64,000 bases of DNA from Mobula hypostoma (Eukaryota): contig NC_086109.1 in the NCBI RefSeq assembly GCF_963921235.1, positions 16,122,001-16,186,000 on the forward strand. The letters run 5' to 3'. Positions 47,831 through 60,761 of this stretch are shown piece after piece. How positions within the stretch are numbered: the first letter of the stretch is position 1; each line of letters begins with the position of its first letter. Position numbers and translations under genes: made by a program. The notes below the pieces were generated by a model. It ran no database searches. It was given only the letters and a program-made list of their open reading frames with translations, and had not been told where the DNA came from.

Positions 47831-50800
47831 ACGAGAACCTGGAGGAGAGACACTGAGCAGTACTAATTGCAGCCCGACAAAGAAGCAATAGCAGTGGCTC
47901 CCACAATGTTTTTATGCCCTTATTATGGACTCACAACTTGGACTCAGCAGACACCTGTGAACACAAAACAGAACTGCACAAATATAATAGTCGCCATTGG
48001 ATACAACAGGCAACCAATCACTGCTAATAACAAGCCAGGGTCAATTCATTGACTTGTGGTGGTTGTTTAAGAAGCTTGTATGTTGAAACAATAGTAAGCA
48101 AAGACTTCTTAAGTACCTGGGGCCTTTAATTCATTGCGAGCACAGCTCAGGAATGGGCCAGGATGAAAAATGTTCATTGCTTTTCGTTTGCTTTAAATGA
48201 ATGCCTTAGAGCGTGCATTTTAAGTGTGGAGCACAACTGCAGATGTAGCTTGATCCACCTGCAGGAAGGGGAATTGGGAGCTGAGAGCATAAAGGGAAAC
48301 CGTGAAGTTATTAGAAATTAGAACGGGGAGGTGGGGAGATGCATAAATAGGCACATAACTCATCAATCATTTTAGATTGTTGTAAAAGATAATGATTTTC
48401 TTTCTTTCCTTTTAGAGCTGACATGGGATCATTCATGTCCGATGGTGGAGCAATCAAAATTGTTCTTCGGGGCCCCTATGATCACTCAATGACGCCGAGT
48501 CCTGGAATTGCAGCCTCGGAACCAGGTTACTCCCATTTGACTTCAAACATAGCCAGGATTTCGGCTCTGTGTGTAGAACTGTATTGTTATCACCAGATTT
48601 AACTGGGGAGGGAAGCAATTCCTGAAAAAAACTACACAGAAATTGCAATGGTATTGCAGGCAGGTAATCTCAGATATTTCTGTTTGCCTTCCAATAACAA
48701 AGTGGAAAGTGATCCTTTATTCCCCTACACAGATTTTTTCTTCCCATTTGACACATAATAAGTCATTCCCCTGCTGTTCTCACTTTATTTATTATTGCCT
48801 CACAGGAGTGGCCTTTTCAAGAAAATTTATCAAGAATACCTTCCTTTTGTTTTCTAAGATCTGGAGCTACATTTATTACAGGGAGTCTGATCACAGCTTT
48901 ATTTGGTTATATCTCATAATTTTTGCCTTTTTACACAAGTCCACTTAAAAGCTAAATGTACTTCTCTGTTCTGATGTGCCTGTTATAAGATCATAAGGCC
49001 ATAAGACATAGGAGCAGAATTAGGCTATTCAGCTCATCAAGTCTGCTCTGCCATTCCATCATGGCTGATTTATTATCCCTTTCAATCCCATTCCCCTGCT
49101 TTCTCCTCATAAAACTTTGACATTCTTACTATTGACATTCTTACTAATCAAGAACCTATCAACCTCTGCTTTAAATATACCCAGTGACTTGATCTCCACG
49201 GCTGTCTGTGGTAATGAATTCCACAGATTGTTTACCCTTTGGCTGAAGAAATTCCTCATCTCTGTTGGGACAGTAGTGGCATGGCGTGTACAGGCCAAAT
49301 CAAGGCAGTGGAACCTGGAACTGGTAGTGGGGAATGAGACAGGGTATGGCCATTGCTGGAGTGAACTTGGAGCCAATTCAAAGCAGCAGAACCCAGGCAA
49401 GGCAGAACCGAGGCGGTAGGCCCTGGGCCTGAGCCAAGGACTGAGGAACAACCAGGGGTTTGATTGATTTAAGTGCCAGGCTGAATTGGAAAAACTGGTT
49501 CTGGGCCGAATCAAAGCAGCAGTGTCTGGGCCCGAGAGCGTATCAAAGCGGCAGAGCCCGGGTCTGAGAGTGAGAAACAACCCGAGGTTTAAGTGATTTA
49601 CGTGCCGGGGTAAGTCGAAAAGGTCAGAGTGTTGGGGCCATAGGCGAGGGGTGACCCAATTCAGCTCGCTGCTCCACGAGGTTTACTCATCTCTGTGCTC
49701 AACTGAGGCTGTGGCCTGCAACTAATGGGCTGAATCGACTGCAGTGATGACTGGCTTCGTGGCTGTGGGCTCTCTTTCGTGAATTTCAGCTGTTTGCATG
49801 ATTTGTGCATTTTTTCTGCACATAGGGTGTTTGATGGTCTTTTTTAATGGATTCTATCAGGTTTCATTGTTTTATGGCTGCAAGGAGGTAAATCTCAAGT
49901 TTGTACATGGAATACTATATATACGTTGATAATGAATGTACTTTGACTTTATCTTTCTAAAGGGATGTCACTCTATTCTGAGTTTGTGCCCTCTGGTCCT
50001 AGCCTTTCTTGCAATAGGAAACATCCTCTCCACATCCACTCTATCTAGGCCTTTCAATATTCTTTATATCTATTCTCAATTGGAGAAGGGGCAAGGACTG
50101 GTAGTTGCCTTCTGCAGTCAAACTTTCAATCATTTGTGCTTTCCATTCACTTCAATATCTCTCTCTTTCTCTATTATTTACTTCAACAAAATATAGCCAT
50201 TCTGTCATTAGTGATGGAATCTTCAAGCTTGAATATTCTTCCCTTACAAATCTCTTCTTTGAAATATTGTTTAGAAGCAAACCCTTTGATCAATGTTTCT
50301 TCCAGCTGTCCTTACAACTCCTCATTTCATTACATACTTCTCTGATGCAGCTTGGAATAATTTACTGGAAAACATTCCCAGCTATGAGGAGCAATTACAA
50401 ATTCTAATTATATTTGTAACCTTCAGCTGAAGTTCATAATCATGTAGATTCTGACATCCCAGGGTGATATGTGGCAAAGAATTACTCATCATCATCATTC
50501 TGTGGCATGTTGTATGACGTGGGTGATCACAGTGACCGTGATTGTTCCTGGCAAATTTTTCAACAGAAGTGGTTTGCCTTCTTCTGGGCAGTGTCCTTAC
50601 AAAGACGAGTGACCTCACCCATTATCAGTACTCCTCAGAGATTGTCTGCCTGGTGTCAGTGGTCACATAACCAGGCTTGTGTCATGCACCAGCTGCTCAT
50701 AGGACCGTCCACCACCTGCTCCCATGGCTTCATGAGACTCCGTGACCCGAAGGCTAGAGGAGGGAAGGAATTACGTTCACCTCCTCTGGTAGGACGTATC

Positions 50801-50916
50801 TCGACCCTGCCACCCAGAAAGAATTAATATTAGACATTAATTCTGAAGTTTTGTAAGGAAAATAAATTTATTGGAATAGAAATTTATCCCGGGTCAGCTG
50901 CATTAAACACCTAGTC

Positions 50917-50950
<34 letters not shown>
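50917..50950. repeat. (GA)n microsatellite
   Basis: Direct observation. Confidence 0.9.
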
Positions 50951-50951
<1 letters not shown>

Positions 50952-51673
50952 AAGCATAGAAGCAGGCCCTTCAGCCCATCAAGTTATTGCCGACCTCCAA
51001 ACACCCTTGTGTTAATTCTAGTTCTACCCTCACCCATAATGTCTGCAATTCCTGAAATTCTGCTGCTGATATTCATTCTGTTGACTTCAGTGTGACCATC
51101 GATGCATTTACCAGTACTGAACAGTGATCAATTACTTGGCAATTATCTTTTTATCTCCTGATTTGTGTTTCCAATGCTGTGAATGTGGATGAGAAACAAG
51201 GTTGACATCTCATACTTATCTGAGAGCATCTGGAAATGGGAGGAATTTTAGTTTCTGCTTATGACGTGTTGTAGAAGAAATGGCCTTTCCTATTTCCTGT
51301 AAGTATTGGCAACTTGGACTTGCATCATGACCTGTCAGGGAAAAAAAACTATTAAGTTCTGAAGCACTGGTGTGATCTGTGATTGTCTTGTTTGTAACGT
51401 CCACTGAGTATAGTCACCGTAGTAATAAGGGGAAACCTAGCAGTGTGATATGTCAAATAATCTGTTTCCAGTGGCAGTGACCGTGATGAATATTGCCCCA
51501 GGGCTTCTCTGCTTGTTCTCAGTCTGGTTATGTGGAATCCTTTAGAGCAGATAGACCTCCAAAGTACATTTTATCTCTGCAATTGATGGCTTTTCCAACA
51601 CTGAGACACTCCTTCATCCACTGAGTTTCTTCTGACTCAGTACCATAGGTATATGGGATTAGAGTGGCTATGA

Positions 51674-52010
51674 ACTCCAAGAGGACCACAATCTTGTTGT
51701 AGGTTTTGGAGGCTAGCGTGCATCAATGACCTGGAGGACTATATTGATTAGAGTCAGAGCCTTATGCTTTAACTCTTGGTAGGGTCACCCACGCCAAACA
51801 GGCCAAAGGGTAGAGACCAGACTAAGAGTGGTCTACCGGTCCTCCAGATTCAGGGATTCAGCTCAAGGCTAACAACTGGTCAAAAAATAATTGTTAGGGA
51901 AACAGCAATGAAGAATCCTCCTATATCTGTGTGCTCAGTATGGAGAGACAGAGATGGAGGACCTTCATTGCAGCCCTAGATGCCAACAGCGTAACGGGCA
52001 ATAAGTAAGT
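51674..52010 (+). mobile_element. Bipartite RTE-derived non-autonomous repeat
   Basis: RTE-5'UTR-like TGGTAGGGTCACCC...AGACTAAGAG joined to an ORF-end-like GACAGAGATGGAGGACCTTCATTGC and a (TAAG)n tail. Copies lie at about 15253-16060 (split by a MITE) and 62110-62460. Confidence 0.6.
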
Positions 52011-53399
52011 GAAAGAGTACTTGATGGCCTGCATAGTTACGGTGGGCCGAAGGGTCTGAGTATGCATTTATGAGTCTATGAGTCTATGGGGGTGTGGGGG
52101 AGGGAAGAAGATTTTGTCCTCGAGTTACAGAGTGGATTTTGAGCCCATGACTCTTGGTCAAGCTGATGTTATCCCGTCAGAAATTTTTAAAAAAGTCTTT
52201 ATTACTTGAAGGGGCATCACCAAATAAAAGCAGACCGCTTAGAAATTGTACAAAGTGGAGAAGGAATGAACAAAAATGTGCTGGCTGATGGCCCATCTGG
52301 GGGACTGGAGTTATTGATGAGTAAAAGAGACGGTTAAATATAGAAAGCTATCTCTCACTCAGTTGTTCAGTCTGTTCATTCAAAGCAATCAGAACAGTGA
52401 GATATCCAATCTCTGATGAATGGAGTCTTCTTGGGCCCTTGGAGAGTGAAAATGAAGCCCACCTCTGTGCAGATGACTACATCTGAATTTAAAAAGAGTT
52501 TTTTTTCACATAGTCCACTTGAATACAAATGACTCTTACCTTCATCTTGAAGGTTCCTTGAATATAAAGGAAAAATGAAAGTATTCCTGGATCGATTCTC
52601 TTTGAATGTGAAGCACAGATTAACAAGTGCATACTGGTACCCGTACCACACGTCAGACACGCTGCGCTTTAAGCAGCATTATCTTCCCTCATTCTTGAGT
52701 TGAGTTGGCCCCCGCTGAGAAATGTTTTTGTCACTCTTTAGCAGGGAGGGCTAGAGTCATTTCGGAGGCCAAATCAAATGAAACATGTTAGTTTAGACAC
52801 ATAGAACTGATATATCTGGTTGGGTAAGTGTGGACATAGTTATTAAAATTTATGAACAGTCTACTTCCTCTTGAGGTTGCTACCAACAATGTCAAGCATG
52901 CTTTGCTTATTTAAAATGCAGATAATTACAACTGGACATATTTTTGTGTTTGAGAGAATAATTTGTTTAAAATGATTTTCCAGCCCTTACCATTCCAAGA
53001 AACTCTGTAGCAGTTTGAGTTTTTCATCAAAGATCCCTGCCAGCTGTGTCATGTCCTTCTCTCACAGCTACCATCAGTCAGGAAGTACATAAGCCTGAAG
53101 TCCGCACCACCAGGTTCAAGAACAGCCATTTCCCTTCAACCATTCAGTCCTTGAACCATCCTGAAGAATGCTTATCATTGCCTCAGTATAGAAACACTAT
53201 AACCTTTTTGACATGTCTTTCTTTTGTTCTAACTGTCTTCTTTCTTAAATAATTTAAGTTTAACTTCTTTGTGGATGCTACTTCTCTGATGCTATGTTGA
53301 TTTGATGTTGCTACAAGGATGTTTTTCTCCTCTGCACACAATAAGTTTGACTTTTGATCTGACCAGCATCTCAGAGATGACTTTGAAATATTCACAGTT

Positions 53400-53826
53400 T
53401 CACAGCTACTTTTTCAGGCAGGTGGGGCTCGTCAGCCTTGAACAGCAGCCGCCCACCCCCCCCCGCCCCCGCCACCCCAGGAGAAGGAAAACTCTGATTT
53501 TAAACCTCCGCTGCCTTGCGGCCATACCCACCCATGGGAAAGGCTTCAGGAGTAAACTCCGAGGAAGAAATCTGGAGCTGGGGTCCCTAAGGCAGTTTGA
53601 TGTTGTTTACAACTTCATTCTGGCAACCTCTGCAATGACACTGGTTCCAAGCTGTATTGGCGCTCGCCCTTCCCTTGGACTATATTAGTGACGTGGAGAG
53701 GGGGAACCCGCTGCACGGGCAACAGCCGGTTCTTTAAATCTTCCCGCCTAGGCTTGCACCCTGAAGAAGACACAGTCCACCAGAGGTGCAAACCCATGAT
53801 CCCCTGGGATCGACGGCTTCCTACTA
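53400..53826 (+). mobile_element. RTE-derived non-autonomous repeat
   Basis: AGGAGAAGGAAAACTCTGATTTTAAACC is an RTE-5'UTR-like motif; CpG-richer than the flanks. Confidence 0.5.
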
Positions 53827-55244
53827 TAAAACTATTTTGTTAAATTCTAAGTAGTAAAGCATCTTGAATTTGTTTTGGAAATATACAATTAGAAATAAAA
53901 CTGTTAATTGTACGGCACTGCTTTAAGACTTTGCCTGGAGAGGGGATTCACGACCTTTTATATACCATGGAACCCTACCATTAACTGAGGGGCCTGAGGC
54001 CTGAGGACCCCAGGTTGGGAACCCCTGACCTACAGCCTTTCCCCACGCAGTTGCCAGGCAAATACTTCAGGTTTCAGCCTCATCTCATCACATGAAGCAA
54101 GTCAGCTAGAACATTAGAGGAAACGCTTCACCATCTTGTGTTTAGATAAAGCCAGAGACCATAGGTTTTAAGTAAGGGGAAGAGATTTAGACGAGGACCT
54201 TCTTCATCCAGACAGTGATAGGTACCTGGAATGAACAACCTAAAAGGGTGTGTTCAATGCTGGGTTATTGGCAGCATTTGCAGAGTGTTTAAATGAACTC
54301 ATAAACTAGTTTGGCTTAGAGGCCTGTGGAACAAGAAACTGGGATTAATATAGAAGGGTGTCATTAGTATGGATGAGATGGACAAATGGCCTCATTCCAT
54401 GATGTACAATCCTACGATTAGCCTCCGTTCCCTCACATCCAGAGGAGTTCAAGTCATCAGGTGCATTATCATTTGCAATTTAATTTCACTGTAGTGTGGT
54501 TGGAGATACACCCCTACCAAAGGAGATGTAAGGTGCTCATCCCTTCCGCTAGCCTGCAGGTCACCCTTGGGCAAGGTGTAGCACCTGCTTAGCTCCCTCA
54601 TCCCCGATCAGGGTCATGAGAAACCATAGGAGTAGGTGGTGTATGGGCATATAAGCAACCGGTGCATATCACAAGTCCTGGTTATGCGACCACTGACACC
54701 AGACAGACAGTCTCTGAAGAGTGTTGATAGTGGCTGGGGTCTCCCATCCTGTAAAGTCACTGGCCAGATGAAGGCAATGGCAAGCTACTTCTGTTGAAAA
54801 ATTTGCCAAGAAAAATCATGGTCATGGAGAGACCATGATCGCCCACATCATACGACGACACATAACGAACGAACAATAGCAAGGTACAGGTTAAAGGAAA
54901 AACATAATTGCAGCAGTATCACAGGTGCATAGATTCAGACAACACACAAAAGATAAATGATATGTGATTTATAGAAAATGGGAAAAAAAGACTGTGGAAA
55001 GTAAAATATTAGTGAAAAGCAAAACACAGTGAGAGACAAGTCCATGGTAGTGTAAGGGGTGATCCATGGTGTTCCAATGCTGAGGAAGGATTCAGATTAA
55101 TCCTAATTAGGATAATGATGAATGATTAGGATTAGAGTTCAAGAATAGGAAGGTTATTTTTGCTATTTTACCATTATATCATTATTTACTAGCCACCTGC
55201 TGTTATAGCAGTTATTTCTAAATCAGGTTATCCCCTCTTCTTCT

Positions 55245-55860
55245 GGATCCGTATTTCCTCAGGCGTCTATGGAGATTCAGCTTGTTGTCAAAGCCTTGAC
55301 AAACTTCTATAGATACATTATGGAACGTGTGCTGACTGGCTGCATCACAGCCTAGTATGGGAACACCAATGCCCTTGAGGGAAAAAATCCTCCAAAAGGT
55401 TGTGGATTCGGCCCAGTACAGCCCTCCCAACTGTTGAGCACACCTACATGAAACGTTGTTGTAGAAAAGCAGCATCCATCATCAAAGATTTTCACCACCC
55501 AGGCCATGCCCTTTTCTCACTGCTGCTGCCAGGAGGAAAGTACAAGAACCTCAGGACTCACACCACCAGGTTCAAGAACAATTACTACCCCTCAACCATC
55601 AGGCACTTGAAAGAGGGTAACTACATTCATTCTATTTCTGCCATTCTCACAACCAATGGTTTCACTTTAAGGACTCTTTATCTCGTTACTTCATGCTTTT
55701 GTTATTTATTGCTGCTTATTTATATTTGTATTTGCATATGTTGTTGTTCATTGATCCTGTTTACAGTTACTGTCCTATAAATTGACTAAGTATGCCCAGA
55801 GCTGTATGTGGTGACATGTATGTACTCTGATAGTAAATTTTACTTGGAACTTTTGAAATT
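55245..55860 (+). mobile_element. Rex1/Babar-type LINE 3' fragment
   Basis: RCCRKAASIIKDFHHPGHALFSLLLPGGKYKNLRTHTTRFKNNYYP. Similar remnants lie at about 33330-33640, 34880-35280, 43800-44090, 44900-45270 (-), 47210-47550 and 55960-56250. Confidence 0.8.
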
Positions 55861-56433
55861 TGAAAATGCTTTAAAATGCAACTCAAGTGCCAACATAAAG
55901 CTTTCACTTGGCAATTGAACATCTTCTCAATGTTGTGGACAATTAGTCCAACAAACGTGGCTGTTGTAAGTTTCTACAGATGTACAGTGGAGAGCACTCT
56001 GACTAGTTGCTTCATAGCCTGGAATGGAGCTTCCAATGTACAGGATCACAAGAAGCTGCAGAGAGCTCCAGTCTCATCCATCTCCATCACAGGCACAACC
56101 CTCCCTGCTATTGAGGACATCTTCAAGAAGCACTGCGTCAGACAGGGAACATCCATCATTAAGGAGACACATCATCTGGGACGTGGCCTTTTCACACTAC
56201 CACCATTAGGGAAGAGAGCACACTCAGCATTATAAGAACAGTTTCTTCCTTGAGCATCTGCTAAGTGTTTTCTTACACATTATTTTCTTCCACTTCCAAA
56301 ATTACGGATTTTATGTTTTTATTTCAGATTTCCAACCAGAACTTTCAGGACCAATCAACTGTCCTCAGCACTTAAAGCATGAAATATTATAATTCAGATA
56401 GCTTTCTCAGATAAGAGAAATCTGTGGAAAATA

Positions 56434-59400
56434 CAATGGATTCCGATTAACTGGGCCATTTGTTAATCGAGGCCATCACTTATTTGGGACAAAGAACAAA
56501 AAACTGAGAAAATAGACGGGGTTCCATTCATATTTTGAGGACACTAGGGTGCTTAATTATGGCAGCGTCACAGAGCTCTCACCAGTGACCAATCAGCATC
56601 TGGGATTGATTAGTAAGAGCAAATTAAAGGAAGGCTGGGGCAAGTGCAGCAGCCATCGTCACGGCGGCTGCCATCTAAATAATGATCTTGAGGCTATAGC
56701 TCTTCGAGTCTGCATCAAAGAAAGTCTCAGAGAATCAAAGGAAAGAAAAGCTCAAGATTTTTCCTTCCCTTCTGCATATCTGCTCATCTCAGACAGTAGA
56801 GATGCCAGGCAGGATAGTGAAGTGCTCCTGTTGCGGGGATGTGGGAAGGCAGGGAGACCTCCAGTGTCCCTGATGACCACAACTGCAAGTTCATCCAGCT
56901 GCAGCTTCTTACAAACTGCATTCAGGAGTTGGATTTGGAACTGGATGAAGTCTGGATCATTTGGGAGGCTGAAGGAGTGACAAATAGTACATATAGGGAG
57001 GTGGTTACACCCAAGATGCAGGACACAGGACAGTCGGGAAGGCCACCCCCCTCAGTAACAAGTACATCACTTTGGATGCCTCTGGGTGGGGATGACCTAA
57101 CAGAGGAGAGCCACAGTGGTCGAGTCTCTGGCACTGAGTCTGCCTCTGTGACTCAGAAGGGAAGGGGGAAAGAAGAAACACGCTGTGGTGATAGGAGATT
57201 CGTTAGTTAGGGGAACAGACAGGAGGTTCTGTGGACAAGAATGAGATTCCCGAATGGTATGTTGCCTTCTGGGTGCCAGGGTCGGGGATATCTCAGATCG
57301 AGTCATCAGCATTCTAAAGTGTGCAGGTGAACAGCCAGAAGTCGTAGTCCATGTTGGTTGTCAATGACGAGTGATGAGGTTCTGCGTAAGGAGTTCAGGG
57401 AGTTAGGTGCTTGGTTAAAAGTTAGACCCTCCAGGGTGTTATCTGAGGATTGCTACCTGTGTCACATGCTAGTGAGACCAGAGATAGGAAGATTATACAG
57501 TTTAATATGTGGCTAAGGAGTTGGTGTAGGAAGGTGAGCATAATATTTTTGGATCATTGGGCTTGCTTCCATGGAAGGTGGGACCCTTCAGGACTAAAGA
57601 AGAGACAGCTTGCTCCTGAACTGGAGGGGGACTAATATTAGGAAGGTTTGTTAATTCTGCACGGTGGGGTTTAAATTAGAGTAGCAGGGGGAAGGGAACC
57701 AGAGTGCCAGAACTATCGTGGAGACAATGTGGGGGCAGATGTTGGTAAGACCTCAGATAAAGTTAGAAATCAGAAGGTTGACCATGGCGTGACTAGTGTC
57801 CTGAGCTGCCTATATTTCAATGCAAGAAGTATCATAGGAAAGACGGATAATAGTGGAGAAGATAAGGTAGCTGGTTTACAAACAGAGGCAATGTCTAGTG
57901 AGGAAAGACTGCTGAGAGGGCAAAATTGTAGACAACAGGATGAGTTACAACTTAAAAGGCAGACAAAATCAAAAAGGGTGAATACAGGACTGAAGATGTT
58001 ATATCTGAATGCACTGAATATATGGAATAAGGAAGATGAACAGTTGCAGATTGGCAGGTGTGATGTTCTAGGCCTCACTGAATCATGGCTGAAAGATTAT
58101 AGTTGGGAGCTATAATGTCAAAAGAAACACATTGTATCAAAAAGATAGGCAGGAAGACAGAATCAGATTCAGGTTTTATTATCACCAGCATGTGTCGTGG
58201 CAGCATTGCTCTGTTGGTAAAAAAATGAAATCAAATCATTAGAAACAGGTGACGTAGGCTTGGAAGATGTTGAATCATTGTGGAAAGAGCTAAGGAACTG
58301 CAAGGGTAAAAAGACCCTGGTGGGAGTTGTATACAGACCCCCAAACATAATAAGGATGTGGCCTACAAATTACGACAGCAGAAAGAAAATGCATGTCAAA
58401 AGGGCAATATTACAATAGTCGTGGGGGACTTCAATATGCAGGTAGATTGGGAAAATCAGGTTGGTGCTGGATACAGGAGGGTGAATTTCTAGGATGCCTA
58501 TGAGATGGCTTTTTAGAGCAGCTCATGGTTGAGCTCATTAGGCGATCAGCTATTCTGGATGGGGTGTTGTGCAATGAACCAAAACTGATGAAAGACCCTA
58601 AGGTAGAAGAACCCTAAGGGGAAAGTGATCATAATATGATCAAATTCACCTGAAATTTGAGAAGGAGAAGCTAAAGTCAGATGTATCAGTATTATAGTGG
58701 AGTACAGGGAATTACAGAGGCATGAAAGAGGAACTGGACGGAATTGACTGGAAAAGAACACTGGCAGGGATGATGGCAGAGCAGCAAAGGCTGGAATTTC
58801 TGGCAGTGATTCCGAAGGCACAGGATATTAACATCCAAAAGAGGAAGAAGTATTCTGAAGGAAAGATTACACAACTGTAGCTAATAAGAGAGGTCAAAAC
58901 ATAAAAGCCAAAGAGAGGGCATATGATAGAGCAAAAATTAGTGGGAAGTTAGAGGATTGGGAAGCTTTTAAAAACCAACAGAAGGCAACTAAACATGTCA
59001 TTAAGAGGTTAAAGAAGGAATACAAAAGTAAGCTAGCCAATAACATTAAAGAGGATACCACAAGTTTCTTCAGTTACAGAAAGTATAAAAGAGAGGCAAG
59101 AGTGGATATCAGACTGCTGGAAAACAATGCTGAAGAGGTAGTAATGGGGGAAGAGCGAAATGGCAGATGAATTGAATAAGTATTTTGTATCAGTCTTCAC
59201 TGTGGAAGGAACTAGCAGTATGGAGGAATTTCCAAGTGTCAGGAGCATTCTGTGTGTGAAGTTGCAATACCATAACCAGAGAGAAGGTTCGTGGGAAACT
59301 GCTAGGTCTGAAGGTAGATAAGTCACTTAGACCAGATGGTGTACATCCCAGAGTCTGAAAGAAGTGGCTGAAGAGATCATGGAGGCATTAGTAATGGTCT

Positions 59401-60761
59401 TTCCTCAATCACTAGATTCCGGAATGGTTCCGGAAGACTGGAAAATTGCAAATGTCACTCCACTCTTCAAGAAGGGAGAGAGGCAGGAGGGAACTATATG
59501 CCAGTTAGTCTGACCTCAGTGGTTGGGAAGATGTGGGAGTCAGCTATTAAGGATGAAGTCTCAGGGTTCTTGGAGACACCTGATAAAATATGCCATAGTC
59601 AGCTTGATTTCCTCAAGGGAAAGTCTTGCCTGATGAATCTGTTGGAATTCTTTGACAAAATAATGAGCAGGATAGACAAAAGAGAATCACTTGATGTGTA
59701 CTTAGATTTTCAGAAGGCCTTTGACAAAGTGCCACACATGGGGCTGTTTAACAAGCTACAAGCTCATGGTATACAGGAAATATTCTAGCATGGAAAAAGC
59801 AGTGGCTGATTGGCAGGGGGCAAAGAGTGGGAATGAAGGGAACCTTTTCTGGCTGGCTGACAGTGAGTAGCAGTGTTCCTCAGGGTTCTGGATTGATTCT
59901 TTTTATGTTGTATGTCAATGATTTGGAGATGGAATTGATAGCTTTGTTGCAAAGTTTGCAGATAGGGTTGAGGGGAAAATTGGATCAGTCCTGATAAAAT
60001 GGCAGAGCAGACTCGATGGGCTAAATGGCCTAATTCTGCTCCTATATCTTATTGTCTTATGGTCTTAATTGGGACAGGAGACTGTTGCCGAGCAATTTCT
60101 AACTGGCATCAGTCACGTGCGTGAGACACGGCCTTTAGGCACGTGTCATGTTTAAAAAGTGAATAGTTTTTAAATACCATCACATGTGTGTGTTGTGTTA
60201 AAAATCAAATGATTTTTGTCTCTTTTAGCTCTTGAGTAATAAACAGTAAGACAATTCAGAGCTGTTTTGCTCACTGCAGTTTCAAGCATTCAGGCTTGGA
60301 GATACCAGAAATGGCCGGGAGTGAAAATGAAAGGATATCACTACTTCAAAAAAGTTAGGAAATACGAAGAATTTGAAGGTATCAACGATCAGCTTGAATG
60401 TTACAATGAAAATGAAGATTTTCATTGGAGGATGCAGTTGTTGAAAGTTCATTAAAGGCAGCCTATTATCTGCACTCATTGTGTTCATTCACTGTCAACC
60501 ACAAGAACATGGCAGCGTACATTGGATTGATTTCTTCATTGATAATTAGAAGGAACTCACACACACTGTCATGGTATTGTAATACTATTGGCATTTGTTC
60601 TGTATTTAATTTAAATACGTAATTTGTTACTCATTTAACTGGTAGTTAGTCTTTTTTATACCTTTTTAAGTATTTCTATGAACCTTCAGCTATTGGGGGT
60701 AACCACTTAATTGGGCCAAATGTATTGGTCCCAATGTGTCCCAGTTAACTGGGATCCACTG
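56434..60761. mobile_element. Tigger/pogo-like non-autonomous DNA transposon interrupted by the CR1
   Basis: Imperfect TIRs CAATGGATTCCGATTAACTGGG (56434) and CCCAGTTAACTGGGATCCACTG (ending 60761), with TA on both sides. Confidence 0.7.
56560..60063 (+). mobile_element. Long decayed CR1 with 5' UTR, ORF1 (zinc finger and SGNH esterase), APE endonuclease and partial RT
   Basis: ORF1 motifs are CSCCGMWE...IQLQLL and VIGDSLVRGTDRRFCG. APE motifs are CLYFNARSI / MLYLNA...LTESWLK and VVGDFN. RT motifs are PVSLTSVVGK and LDFQKAFDKVPH. The tail is TCTTATGG-like and a CTTAATT duplication lies at 56552-56558 and 60064-60070. Confidence 0.88.
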
